Source of the DNA: a virus
Taxonomy: Duplodnaviria; Heunggongvirae; Uroviricota; Caudoviricetes
IMG/VR virus record: IMGVR_UViG_3300035034_002381
Location: 1 to 64,000 of that record
Length of the DNA: 64,000 nt
Strand: one strand, 5' to 3'
Shown here: positions 15,111 through 24,937 of the stretch, piece after piece
Position numbering within the stretch: the stretch's first letter is position 1
Layout: each line of letters begins with the position of its first letter
Notes under the pieces: generated by a model
The model's database searches: none
What the model was told of the DNA's origin: nothing
What the model saw: the letters and a program-made list of their open reading frames with translations, nothing else
Translations under genes and position numbers: made by a program

Positions 15111-15422
15111 ATGGAAAGAAATGAATTTTTAGAACTTGATGGTTTAGCAGCAGAAACTGAAACACATGAATGGTTTTGGGACAAAAGTTCTACACTACTT
15201 GCTCACAAAAAATCTATAACTTCTAACGGTAGAGAAGACGATTCACTCGACGTTAAATGTATGGTTTGTAGGAATAAAGAAACTGGTGAGTATGACAGAG
15301 TTGTATTAAACAACAAAAACGAACCTATTTATGATACTAAAAGTTTAGAAAGTCTAGGTTTTTGGATTGATAAACATAAAGTAATTAAAAGATACCAAGA
15401 TCATGACAAAATTTCAAAGTAA
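15111..15422 (+). CDS. hypothetical protein
   Basis: 103 aa. Confidence 0.4.
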   Translation: MERNEFLELDGLAAETETHEWFWDKSSTLLAHKKSITSNGREDDSLDVKCMVCRNKETGEYDRVVLNNKNEPIYDTKSLESLGFWIDKHKVIKRYQDHDKISK

Positions 15423-15603
15423 TTCAATAGGAACTGTAATGATACCCGACGGTACGTATTTAGGTACAGTCACTGGTTTTAGAGTTAAACTTAAAAGAGG
15501 CGGAACGATTTTAGAGTTTGAAGTCAAAGACAATAGTAATCAAAGTAATCTTCCTGTTAATATCATAGTTAATGGTATGCGGGCAAAAGTAATACAAACA
15601 TGA
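15403..15603 (+). CDS. small hypothetical protein
   Basis: 66 aa; overlaps neighbours by a few nt (operon-like). Confidence 0.35.
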   Translation: MTKFQSNSIGTVMIPDGTYLGTVTGFRVKLKRGGTILEFEVKDNSNQSNLPVNIIVNGMRAKVIQT

Positions 15604-16139
15604 AAAACTGGAGATCAGTTGCTGATAAAGGTACAAAATTTGATTTAGTTGAATATACCAAAAAATTTCTTGGTGATTATAATCATAGCGATGTACATAT
15701 TTATGTAGGTTGCGATAGTCAAAATATTCGCAAGTCAAAATGGACTGGTTATGTTACTTGTGTAGCATTTCATATAGGTACAATTGACGGCGATGAATTT
15801 TATGGTAGAGGTGTTCACTTGATTTTTCAAACTGAAAAGTACAAAAAAATCAATGATAACTGGACTCGACTTTGGAAAGAAGTTGAAAAATCTATGGAAG
15901 CAGCAGAAACTTTAAGACAAGCTGGTATTTTAATTCACCAAGTAGATCTTGATTTTAACCAGGATGAACTTCATGATTCTAATAGACTAGTTTCGGCAGG
16001 TGTTGGATTATTTGTGGGTTTAGGTTATAAAGTTGCATCAAAACCTGATGAATTAATTGCATCCCGAGCGGCTGATCATATTATTCATCATACTTCTTGG
16101 AAGAATGTAAAAAGTCTAAATGTAAAAAGTCTAAACTAA
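15600..16139 (+). CDS. hypothetical protein
   Basis: 179 aa; ATGA overlap with previous ORF. Confidence 0.5.
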   Translation: MKNWRSVADKGTKFDLVEYTKKFLGDYNHSDVHIYVGCDSQNIRKSKWTGYVTCVAFHIGTIDGDEFYGRGVHLIFQTEKYKKINDNWTRLWKEVEKSMEAAETLRQAGILIHQVDLDFNQDELHDSNRLVSAGVGLFVGLGYKVASKPDELIASRAADHIIHHTSWKNVKSLNVKSLN

Positions 16140-16355
16140 TGGAGGAAAGAGATATTCGCATTTACATTTATGATCCAGGAAGTTTGAAAAAATTCCACCA
16201 AATCATAAACACAAACATAAAAGTATTGAGTCTGCAGAAGAACTAATAAAAAGGCTACAAGAAAACCCTAAATTTAGATTTGACAGGAGACAATTTGTGA
16301 TTACGGAATACACTGGAGTTTACCAATCATCAATAATCAAAATCATAAATCCTTT

Positions 16356-16688
16356 ATGAAAAAATGGGATGATATAAGAAACTCGATGTCTGGAAATTCA
16401 GATATTATAGAAGTTTGGAAGAAAGTTGTAGATAAACACCAAAATGAAGAAATTGAGTGGATTGAAAACCTTAGAAAACAAGGTTATAAAGCATCTCATC
16501 CTAATGACGGTTGGGTAGACAGAGAAAATAACAAAATACATCTGGTTTATCCACAATTCAACGATGGAATTGGTGTGAATGATAAACTAATGATTGGTAG
16601 TCCAAACAGTGATAATAATCGACCTGTGCGAATAACCGGCATTGATGAATTTGCAATGACATATTATTTATTTGAAGACTTAGAATAA
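16356..16688 (+). CDS. hypothetical protein
   Basis: 110 aa. Confidence 0.45.
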   Translation: MKKWDDIRNSMSGNSDIIEVWKKVVDKHQNEEIEWIENLRKQGYKASHPNDGWVDRENNKIHLVYPQFNDGIGVNDKLMIGSPNSDNNRPVRITGIDEFAMTYYLFEDLE

Positions 16689-16712
16689 CCATAACATATT
16701 ATCCTTTTCTTA

Positions 16713-16747
16713 ATGACCAAGATTCTAAGAATCTTGGTCATTTTTTA
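16713..16747 (+). terminator. rho-independent terminator (ATGACCAAGATTC-TAA-GAATCTTGGTCAT plus TTTTTT)
   Basis: 13-bp perfect hairpin then T-run. Confidence 0.75.
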
Positions 16748-17058
16748 TGAGAAAAATCTATATATATAAACTAATAATATGTATGGACACAGAATCACAT
16801 AGCTCGTTTAGCGAATCTTTACAAGATAGAAATTACTATCTAGTCAAAGATTACTTACATGAACTAGGATTTTTGCCCTCACAATATTATATTAAAGATT
16901 ATCAGAATTCAATTGAAGTTGATTTTGATGATAATCAAGCCGTCTTTTATATTATAGAAGATATCAAAAAGACAAAATACATAGAGCATTTTGATGTTGA
17001 TTATAAAAAGCCGGCGAATTCAAGAAGACATACTGCAGTGTTTAATTTCACTCAGTAA
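16747..17058 (+). CDS. hypothetical protein
   Basis: 103 aa. Confidence 0.4.
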   Translation: MRKIYIYKLIICMDTESHSSFSESLQDRNYYLVKDYLHELGFLPSQYYIKDYQNSIEVDFDDNQAVFYIIEDIKKTKYIEHFDVDYKKPANSRRHTAVFNFTQ

Positions 17059-17119
17059 AAAATGAGAATAAAAAAAATCATTTTATCCTTGATATATAAA
17101 AAAACAAATATAGAAAAAG

Positions 17120-19195
17120 ATGAACAAAGATTCTAATGTATTATTAATACTTGAAAGATCTTCATCAAATCTAGATGTTAACAAGGAATCGGGTGATTAT
17201 ATTCTCGAAGGTATTTTTGCTCAATTTGGAGTTGAAAACAATAACAAAAGGATTTATGAGGAAAAAGAGTATTTACCACATCTCGAATACTTAAAAAAGA
17301 AAATTTCAGAAAATCGATTGATGGGAGAACTTGATCACCCAGAAAAATTTGAAATTGCTTTAGACAAAGTATCTCACGTAATTGAGAATATTGAATATGA
17401 TCAAGCAAAACGCCAGATTAAAGGGCGTGTACGTATTTTAGATACGCCATCCGGAAAAATCGCAAAGAGTCTAATCGACTCTAATATTCCTATTAGTATT
17501 TCATCACGAGCTGCTGGTTCTGTGAGTGAAAATAAAACTGTTTCTATTAAGAGAATTTTTACTTATGATTTAGTTGCTGATCCAGGTTTTGAAGATGCAC
17601 AATTATCAAGAATAAATGAATCATTTGGTTTAGACAACGAAAATAATCTACAAATTTTTGATGCTTCTAGATGGGACAACAATTTTTCGTTTGATGAAAA
17701 AGAAAAAGAAAAGCCTGTTGAGGCAATAAAAGAAAATAAAGAAAATACTACAGATATGAAAGAATTTGTGACAATTGAAAGCATGGAACGCTATTCATTA
17801 ATGGTCAAAGAAGAAATTGCTAAAATCAATACACGATTAGAAACTCTGAATGAGAGTAATGCTAATTCTGATGAAACAGCAGAACTTAGAAAAACCGTTG
17901 ATAATTTAGTAGGGTATGTTAATGAAATGGCTACCGAAATTAATCAAAACAGAGAATACATGTCATATACTGCTGAAATGCTTGACGAAAGTATTTCTTG
18001 GTCAGAAAATGAGATCGGTAATCAAGTTACTAAATTAATTGAATATACTGAATCTGAATTGGCTGTTCATCTTGATGGTTTAATTGAACACAATAACTAT
18101 CTTGCAGAAAAATTAAACACGACTATTGGATACGTTAATGAAGAATTGGCTCCAATTTTAGATGAGTCTATTAATCACAATGATTATTTAGTTGAACAAA
18201 TTGCTAATAACCGAAAATATACTGAGTATCTTGCTGAAAATGCTGTAGACTCAACAAATTTTGATTCGTTAGTAGAATATACTGAACATGTATATGAAAA
18301 TGCTGCTGGAAAATTTGAAGGTAAAATTAATGAATCTGCAACTGCTGAGGATGTAATTAAAAAACATAAACTTAAAACACATCACGATGTTGCTAAGTTT
18401 ATAGGAGATTTTTATGATTTACCAGATACAATTAAAGGATCTACCGATAAATTCACATTTAAAGACGTTGAGGACAACGTAATTAAAGTTGATGGTAAAG
18501 CAGGAACAGTAGACGGTAAAAAATTATCTCTGGCGGGATTGGTTGATCTTATGTCAGGTGGTGATTTTGATCTTCTTATTGAAAATCAAGCTAATAAAAT
18601 TAACGAAAATAAAAACGTATCAACAGATATTGAAAATCGATACATGAGTATCAATGAAAAAATTGACGCGGCTCTTGAGCAGATCAAGAAAACAAAGACT
18701 GAAGAAATCACAGAGTCTAAACGTCATCCTTTCACCAAACTACTCAACGAAAGTAATAGAGCTGCTTTCACTGAGTTAGGAAAAACCGAAAAAGAAAAGG
18801 TTTCAAAAGCTCTAAATGAAAACGGTATTTTAAGTACTGTAAAACTTAACGAAAAATTCACTTCATTGTTAGAAGGTAATTTCGAAATTGTTGAAGAGCC
18901 TAAATGGTTATCTGAAGCACCAGACAAGTATAAAGCTATTTTTGAAAGTTTGAATGAGGAAACTCAGGATAAACTTAGAGCTCAAGCTTCATGGTACGAA
19001 GGTAAACTTAAATCTCCTTATCAAATCGAAAATTTCTGGGCAACTAGAGGACTGAACGAAGACGTTGAGTTGAAGAATCTGAAAGACGATGCTGATGTAA
19101 AACTTATTAAAGAAAGTAATGATAGATCTAAAGATCTGGGTTATTCTTCTGATCGAGTTGCTGCAATTAAACAAGGTCTGAAAAGATTCAAATAA
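17120..19195 (+). CDS. prohead maturation protease (HK97/S78-like N-terminal domain) fused to a scaffolding-like coiled-coil region
   Basis: N-terminal ~150 aa with GELDHPE and ISISSRAAGS resembling the S78 His and Ser motifs; remaining ~540 aa acidic, helical and repeat-rich; immediately upstream of capsid gene. Confidence 0.55.
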   Translation: MNKDSNVLLILERSSSNLDVNKESGDYILEGIFAQFGVENNNKRIYEEKEYLPHLEYLKKKISENRLMGELDHPEKFEIALDKVSHVIENIEYDQAKRQIKGRVRILDTPSGKIAKSLIDSNIPISISSRAAGSVSENKTVSIKRIFTYDLVADPGFEDAQLSRINESFGLDNENNLQIFDASRWDNNFSFDEKEKEKPVEAIKENKENTTDMKEFVTIESMERYSLMVKEEIAKINTRLETLNESNANSDETAELRKTVDNLVGYVNEMATEINQNREYMSYTAEMLDESISWSENEIGNQVTKLIEYTESELAVHLDGLIEHNNYLAEKLNTTIGYVNEELAPILDESINHNDYLVEQIANNRKYTEYLAENAVDSTNFDSLVEYTEHVYENAAGKFEGKINESATAEDVIKKHKLKTHHDVAKFIGDFYDLPDTIKGSTDKFTFKDVEDNVIKVDGKAGTVDGKKLSLAGLVDLMSGGDFDLLIENQANKINENKNVSTDIENRYMSINEKIDAALEQIKKTKTEEITESKRHPFTKLLNESNRAAFTELGKTEKEKVSKALNENGILSTVKLNEKFTSLLEGNFEIVEEPKWLSEAPDKYKAIFESLNEETQDKLRAQASWYEGKLKSPYQIENFWATRGLNEDVELKNLKDDADVKLIKESNDRSKDLGYSSDRVAAIKQGLKRFK

Positions 19196-19213
19196 AAAAT
19201 AATTTCATAATAA

Positions 19214-21007
19214 ATGAAACTTTTAAACGAACAAAAGATCTATGATGAGTGGGCTCCTATGCTAGAGGAGGAAACTTCAATCAAAGATTCTTCAAAATTG
19301 GGATGGATGACTAAATATTGTCACTACCATTCATTAAATGAAGCATTCACTGCACCTGCAGCTGGATTGCTTAACACGCCAGGTATGGGTAATGTAACTC
19401 CTGCTGGAGCTGCTGCCGGTGGTGCTAATGCATTCTACGGAAGTACTACTACTGGTTCAGGAGATAAATTCCCTTCATTATTGCCACTATCTATTCAGGT
19501 AGCTGCAAGAACTGTAGGATTTGATATCGTTCCTGTTATTCCTATGAACGGACCTTCGGGGGTTCTTACATACATGGATTATGTCTATGCTGGTGGAAAA
19601 GGAGCATTCGGAGCACCTCCAGGTGCTGCAGGTGCTGCAAACCCAGGTCTTAACGCTTACGCTGACAAGCCGTTAGTATTCAAAATCCAACTTGTTGGAG
19701 ATGAGAAAACTGCTTTCGATGCTGCTGCTGCGGGTGATGAATTCTTATTTGCTTCTGGTGCACTTGCTGCAACTGGAAACACACTACGTGTTGCTAAAAT
19801 CGGTCCTTCTAGAATCGACGGTCACTCTATTTTTAGAGTAATTGGAGAATCTGGTGATGCTGATGCGACTGGCGGTGCAGCTGCTGCTGTAGCGACAACT
19901 CTTACATCGCCACAATCTATCACATTGGCTTCTGTATTTACAGGAACTGCTGCGATGATTACTGCGGCTGGTGCTTTAGTTGATGCTGCTGATTCAGTAG
20001 TTAATCGTCCAGAACTTGTTAAAGCTCTTGAAGATCACGTTCAAGGTTTTGCTGGTGCAGGTCCAAACGATGATGAAGCATGGTCAGGAAATGCGACTGA
20101 TGGTACTGTATCTTACGAACCAATGCGAAGAGGTGTAGGTGAAGAGCAGTACTTCAGAACTATGGGACTTCAAGCTTTCACGAAATTCATTGAAGCTGAA
20201 ACTTTCCAAGTTGCTGCTAATGTTACTACAGAACAAATTCAAGATTTACAACGTCAGTATGGAATCGATGTGATTGCAATGATCGAGAACTCATTAGTAA
20301 ATGATATCTCTCAATCTATTAACAAGCACATTCTTTCTAGAGCTTTCGCTCTTGGATGGGGTGCAAACCTTACATTCAGAGATGTTGAAGGTGCAAACCT
20401 TAACCTTGAATTGGTAAACACTGGAACTGGTGTTACTGCAACTCCTGCTTACATTGATAAGACTGGAGTAGGTACTGCATCTGTATATCCTGCTTTCCAA
20501 GAATTTGCTGGAGCTGCTGCTGCTGCATCATTGGAAAACCAAGCAACATTCCAACGAAGAGTATATTCTAAAGTACTTGCTGCTGGAAACGTTGTTACTC
20601 AAAGAGGACGTAGAGGACCTGCAAACTTCATTGTTACTAACCTTCAGTTAGCGACAGCGTTGCAAGATTCTGCACAATTCTCTTGGGCACCAATGGCAAA
20701 CACCATTAACCAAAACAACGGTTCGCTTTACCCAGTGGGTACTGTAGCCGGAATGACTGTTTATGTAGATCCTAACATGGGATTCTCTGATAACAGAATT
20801 CTTGTTGGACGTAAAGGTGCTGATGAAGAACCAGGACTTAAATTCATGCCTTACTTAATGGCTGAATCAATCCAAACAATTGCTGAAGGTACAATGGCTC
20901 CGAAAGTTGCCGTAAAATCACGTTATGCTTTAGTTGAAGCTGGACACCACCCAGAAACAATGTACTTTACTATTGCAGTAAATGTACCTGTAGGTGGATT
21001 AGTATAA
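19214..21007 (+). CDS. major capsid protein (putative)
   Basis: 597 aa, Ala/Gly/Thr-rich, directly follows protease-scaffold, followed by strong terminator. Confidence 0.6.
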   Translation: MKLLNEQKIYDEWAPMLEEETSIKDSSKLGWMTKYCHYHSLNEAFTAPAAGLLNTPGMGNVTPAGAAAGGANAFYGSTTTGSGDKFPSLLPLSIQVAARTVGFDIVPVIPMNGPSGVLTYMDYVYAGGKGAFGAPPGAAGAANPGLNAYADKPLVFKIQLVGDEKTAFDAAAAGDEFLFASGALAATGNTLRVAKIGPSRIDGHSIFRVIGESGDADATGGAAAAVATTLTSPQSITLASVFTGTAAMITAAGALVDAADSVVNRPELVKALEDHVQGFAGAGPNDDEAWSGNATDGTVSYEPMRRGVGEEQYFRTMGLQAFTKFIEAETFQVAANVTTEQIQDLQRQYGIDVIAMIENSLVNDISQSINKHILSRAFALGWGANLTFRDVEGANLNLELVNTGTGVTATPAYIDKTGVGTASVYPAFQEFAGAAAAASLENQATFQRRVYSKVLAAGNVVTQRGRRGPANFIVTNLQLATALQDSAQFSWAPMANTINQNNGSLYPVGTVAGMTVYVDPNMGFSDNRILVGRKGADEEPGLKFMPYLMAESIQTIAEGTMAPKVAVKSRYALVEAGHHPETMYFTIAVNVPVGGLV

Positions 21008-21032
21008 GAAATATCTTAAACTATATAAATAC

Positions 21033-21067
21033 CGAGAGGGGATCGAAAGATTCCCTCTTTTTTTTTG
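21033..21067 (+). terminator. rho-independent terminator (GAGAGGGGA-TCGAAAG-ATTCCCTCTC plus TTTTTTTTT)
   Basis: Strong hairpin then 9 T. Confidence 0.8.
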
Positions 21068-21070
21068 CAT

Positions 21071-21099
21071 AAAACTTTATTCAATATTGTATATATAAT
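21071..21099 (+). promoter_or_regulatory. promoter-like motif AAAACTTTATTCAAT-N6-TATATAAT (copy 2)
   Basis: Matches 10985-11014. Confidence 0.45.
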
Positions 21100-21116
21100 A
21101 TACAATTATTAGAGCC

Positions 21117-22802
21117 ATGAACACTTCAGTCAAAGATATTATAAAAAACGTAAAATCCACCAAAGGTTTAGCAGTAAAAATATCAAATTCAGAAAGTCTA
21201 AATAAAGAACTTTTAGAATTAACCAAATACCTACCAACAGACTCTAGTATATCTGAGCGCATTTATAATATCTTAAATAATATTGATGTACAAAGTCTTT
21301 GTATTTGTGGTGACACATTACCATTCATTAAAATTTCCAAAGGTTACAAAACTTCGTGTGGTAATAAAGAATGTAAGTCGCGAACACGGAGTAATATTAA
21401 TAAAGAATCCAGTAAGAAAATAGACTGGGGCGAATCGATCAATAAACAACAAAAAACCAATTTACAAAAATACGGTTATGTTTCTAATCTTGCATCACCT
21501 AAAGAACGAGAAAAACATAAAGTTATTCTTAAAGAATTGACTGGATATGAACACCCATTACAGAATCCTGAATCTAAAAAGAAAAGACATAACACTTGTA
21601 TAAAAAATCATGGTACATTAAATTTCATCCATTCAAATAAATCAATACAAACGTTACAAGCAAAATATAATACCACTGCCACTAATTGTGCTCAAATACC
21701 CGAAATTCAAGATAGATCTGCCAAAACCCAATCTATAAATGCTGATAAAGCTTTATATCAAAAAATTGATAAAATAAATAAAACTATAATAGATCTTAAT
21801 AAAACAAATGCTAATATTGAGTGTGTGGGTTGTGGTCGTATTATGAATATACATCGGCAAGCACTCAATTATTATATTCGAAATTCTATTGACAATTGTT
21901 GGTCTTGCAACCCTGATTTTTCACCATTTGCCAGTAACAAAGAAAAGATGATTGTTACATGGCTCACTGATATAGGTATCACAAATATTGACACAAATCG
22001 CCGGAGATTTGGTGGTAAAGAAATAGATATTTTCTTAAATGATTATAACCTAGGAATTGAATTCAATGGCACATATTGGCATAGTGAATTACACAAAGAA
22101 AAAAATTACCATTTAAATAAAAAAACATATATTGAGAACTTGGGTTTCAAGTTGATTAATGTTTGGGAAGATGATTGGGAAGATGATATAAAACGTAATA
22201 TAATTCAAAGCAGAATTAAAAATTTAATAAACCTAAATCACCGCAAAATATATGGGCGTAAATGTCAGATAGTTCAAATATCTAACAAAGAAGCTAAAGA
22301 ATTTTATACCAATAATCATATTCAAGGTCATGCTATATCAGAAATTAACTACGCATTAGTATATGATAATGAAATTGTTTCAGTCATGAGCTTTTCTAGT
22401 AAAAATAGATTTTTCATTAAGAAAAATAGGGATAATGAAATAGAGTTGACTAGATTTGCAAATTTGATAGGTGTAAGTGTTTTAGGTGGTTTCTCTAAAC
22501 TATTCAAACATTTTTTGAAAAATAATGACCATGATACCATTATTTCATTTGCAGAATTTGATTGGACTGATGAGACTAATAATGTTTATCTTATGAATGG
22601 TTTTAAATTTTTAGGGAATTCTGGACCATCGTATTCATGGGTTGTTAATGGAAAACGGTTTTCTAGATTTAACTTTTCTAAGCAAAAATTAATCAAAGAA
22701 GGTTATGATAAGAATAAAACAGAAGTCGAAATAATGCACGAAAGAAAATATTATCGAGCTTGGAATAGTGGTAACTTAAAATTTATTTATAATAAATTAT
22801 AA
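21117..22802 (+). CDS. free-standing homing-endonuclease-like protein (Zn-ribbon motifs plus Vsr/PD-(D/E)xK-like core)
   Basis: CxxC...CxxxC pairs (CICGD...CGNKEC; CVGCGR...CWSC); segment GGKEIDIFLNDYNLGIEFNGTYWHSE resembles Vsr/DUF559-type nuclease core; inserted after capsid gene and flanked by a duplicated capsid 3' end. Confidence 0.45.
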   Translation: MNTSVKDIIKNVKSTKGLAVKISNSESLNKELLELTKYLPTDSSISERIYNILNNIDVQSLCICGDTLPFIKISKGYKTSCGNKECKSRTRSNINKESSKKIDWGESINKQQKTNLQKYGYVSNLASPKEREKHKVILKELTGYEHPLQNPESKKKRHNTCIKNHGTLNFIHSNKSIQTLQAKYNTTATNCAQIPEIQDRSAKTQSINADKALYQKIDKINKTIIDLNKTNANIECVGCGRIMNIHRQALNYYIRNSIDNCWSCNPDFSPFASNKEKMIVTWLTDIGITNIDTNRRRFGGKEIDIFLNDYNLGIEFNGTYWHSELHKEKNYHLNKKTYIENLGFKLINVWEDDWEDDIKRNIIQSRIKNLINLNHRKIYGRKCQIVQISNKEAKEFYTNNHIQGHAISEINYALVYDNEIVSVMSFSSKNRFFIKKNRDNEIELTRFANLIGVSVLGGFSKLFKHFLKNNDHDTIISFAEFDWTDETNNVYLMNGFKFLGNSGPSYSWVVNGKRFSRFNFSKQKLIKEGYDKNKTEVEIMHERKYYRAWNSGNLKFIYNKL

Positions 22803-22863
22803 TATATACAACATATATACTTGTTGAGGCGGGTCACCACCCAGAAACAATGTTCCCTCTTTT

Positions 22864-22918
22864 TATGTTTAAAACTTATATTAATCTTAGATATATAAAC
22901 TACATATAATCAAATAAT
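22864..22918 (+). promoter_or_regulatory. second copy of promoter-like element ATGTTTAAAACTTATATTAATCTTAGATATATAAAC...TATAAT
   Basis: Near-identical to 6523-6576. Confidence 0.5.
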
Positions 22919-22966
22919 ATGAAGACATTTAATGAATACGAACAAATCAATGAATCTGGTAATTAA
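22919..22966 (+). pseudogene. decayed member of the MK-x-F-x-EF family (MKTFNEYEQINESGN then stop; reading continues in another frame)
   Basis: Start-region paralogy to 6577 copy including upstream promoter element; premature stop after 15 codons. Confidence 0.35.
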
Positions 22967-23235
22967 AACTGCACAAAAAATTCAAATAGATCTTAAGAAA
23001 TTTCTTGAAGATGTAGTAATACCAGCATCTAATGGATATGTTAGAAATGAAGGTGATGCAGCTTTATTGTTATACGATATACTTGCACAAAAATATGATA
23101 TTACAACATAGACGCTATGAATGACGACGAAAAAATATAGTTTAAGTTCCAAATTATAGATTTAGTTAAGAAAAATCCCAACAATGAAAAACTGGGTGAA
23201 AAGATTAGATCTTTTACTAAAAATATGATATAAAG

Positions 23236-23484
23236 ATGAAAAACATAAAAGATTTTGGTGAGTTTAAATTAAATGAAAAAAGAAATGAGGCACTGAAAAA
23301 GGTTAAAACATCTTCGACTGTGCTAGATAATTTTGTTATGGATGTATTAAAAACTCAAAAGCTTTATCAAAACGAAATTCCTAAGCTACTTGCTAATGAT
23401 AAAGAATTAATAACTGAATTCAAAGAAGGTCGACAAGCATTTAATGATCTTCGAATATTAAATGATATGCTTGCAAAGAAATAA
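23236..23484 (+). CDS. small protein with capsid-targeting-like N-terminus MKNIKDFGEFKLNE
   Basis: 82 aa; family N-terminus. Confidence 0.55.
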   Translation: MKNIKDFGEFKLNEKRNEALKKVKTSSTVLDNFVMDVLKTQKLYQNEIPKLLANDKELITEFKEGRQAFNDLRILNDMLAKK

Positions 23485-23492
23485 ATAATACA

Positions 23493-23702
23493 ATGAAAAA
23501 CTTAAAAACATTTGAACAGTTTGTAACTGATAAGCTAATGGAAGGTGCAATGTCTGATATACATCTTATGGCTAAAAATTCTAAAACTATAGAAAATTTT
23601 ATAAAAGCTTTTTATAAAAAATACGATAATAAAGTCAAGAAGGGAAAAAGCACTGATGAATGGATAATCAGTCTATATAATGATATGGAATCAAAAACAT
23701 AA
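23493..23702 (+). CDS. small protein with capsid-targeting-like N-terminus MKNLKTFEQFVTDKLME
   Basis: 69 aa; family N-terminus. Confidence 0.55.
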   Translation: MKNLKTFEQFVTDKLMEGAMSDIHLMAKNSKTIENFIKAFYKKYDNKVKKGKSTDEWIISLYNDMESKT

Positions 23703-23711
23703 ATACCACTA

Positions 23712-24743
23712 ATGAAAAATTTAAAAACATTTGAACAATTTGAACTAGAAAATCTTAATGAGAAAGTGGGTTATAATCAAATTTCACACAAAAATAAAAG
23801 TTTTGTAGTTTATAATCATAAAGGAATTGAAGATTTATCTAAAAAATATAAAATTGTCAACCTAAAGAATTCTGTAGGACCTGATATAGAATTTCCTGCA
23901 ATAGCAGAATTAGATAATAATAAACCTTTTATTAGAAACATCTATAGACATGAGCTTGATAAATTAGAAAAAGGAATCTTTTTCGAATCCCATAATTTAG
24001 ACAAAGATGCTAAACTTTTTGAATCTGGAGCGATAACTAAAATTTTGACAGATGCAGGATTTATCAGTTTTGAAGACTCTGATGAATATGATTATGATAT
24101 AGGAATAGGTGGAGTAATTAACACTGTTGATCCAGGTATAGCTAAAGATATAGCAGATGAATTAAATGATAATGGTATATCTGCGAAAGCAAAAAGAGAT
24201 ACTGTAATTGTTGAATCTGTGAATGAGGGAATTTACGCTGATAAACTCGCAAAAGGATTATGGGATGGTGACATGGATTTTTCCGATTTAAGTAAAAGTG
24301 AACAAGACTTAATCGACAAGTTCGTCAAAAGAAATCTTGGTATCTTTAAAGACGAAAGATTTGAGATTCCCTTTCCTGATGAAGCTGCTGACACTGGAGA
24401 GTTTTGGGATGAAATTCAAAAAGATAAAGATTACTCAAAATTTGCAAAGGCTGTTAAAAAAGCAAGTTTGGGTGAAATTGAGTTTGTGAACGAATCTATT
24501 AATCAGATTCCTGGAGAAATACAATTTAATGTTGAACCACATACGTTTCTTAAAGATCCTAGAGAACTAGACAAAGCAGTAGCTGAAGTTGATAAATATT
24601 TAGCGGGCGGTAAAGAAAACATTGGCGGATTTATGATAGATCGATATTTAAAAGATTCTTTTGATCTTGATGCGTTTATTGACTCTGTGCATTTACATTA
24701 CCCTAGACCAATGATTCCTGAAATTCAATCCAAGAATCTATGA
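23712..24743 (+). CDS. acidic protein with capsid-targeting-like N-terminus MKNLKTFEQFELENLNE
   Basis: 343 aa; family N-terminus. Confidence 0.6.
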   Translation: MKNLKTFEQFELENLNEKVGYNQISHKNKSFVVYNHKGIEDLSKKYKIVNLKNSVGPDIEFPAIAELDNNKPFIRNIYRHELDKLEKGIFFESHNLDKDAKLFESGAITKILTDAGFISFEDSDEYDYDIGIGGVINTVDPGIAKDIADELNDNGISAKAKRDTVIVESVNEGIYADKLAKGLWDGDMDFSDLSKSEQDLIDKFVKRNLGIFKDERFEIPFPDEAADTGEFWDEIQKDKDYSKFAKAVKKASLGEIEFVNESINQIPGEIQFNVEPHTFLKDPRELDKAVAEVDKYLAGGKENIGGFMIDRYLKDSFDLDAFIDSVHLHYPRPMIPEIQSKNL

Positions 24744-24937
24744 ATGAAGCTAGTCATAAAAATGATTTTCTTGATTTTTTCCGAGTTCCTGATTCTAAAA
24801 GGTTAAAATTTGCAATTTATAAATTTGATGGTAATGACGATATGGATGATTTATTTGATGATCTTAAACCTTATGCATCGACAGTTGATGAGGTTAGAAA
24901 CTATTATGAAATAGCAACAAAAACACGCGATAATTAA
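24740..24937 (+). CDS. small acidic hypothetical protein
   Basis: 65 aa; ATGA overlap. Confidence 0.4.
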   Translation: MNEASHKNDFLDFFRVPDSKRLKFAIYKFDGNDDMDDLFDDLKPYASTVDEVRNYYEIATKTRDN

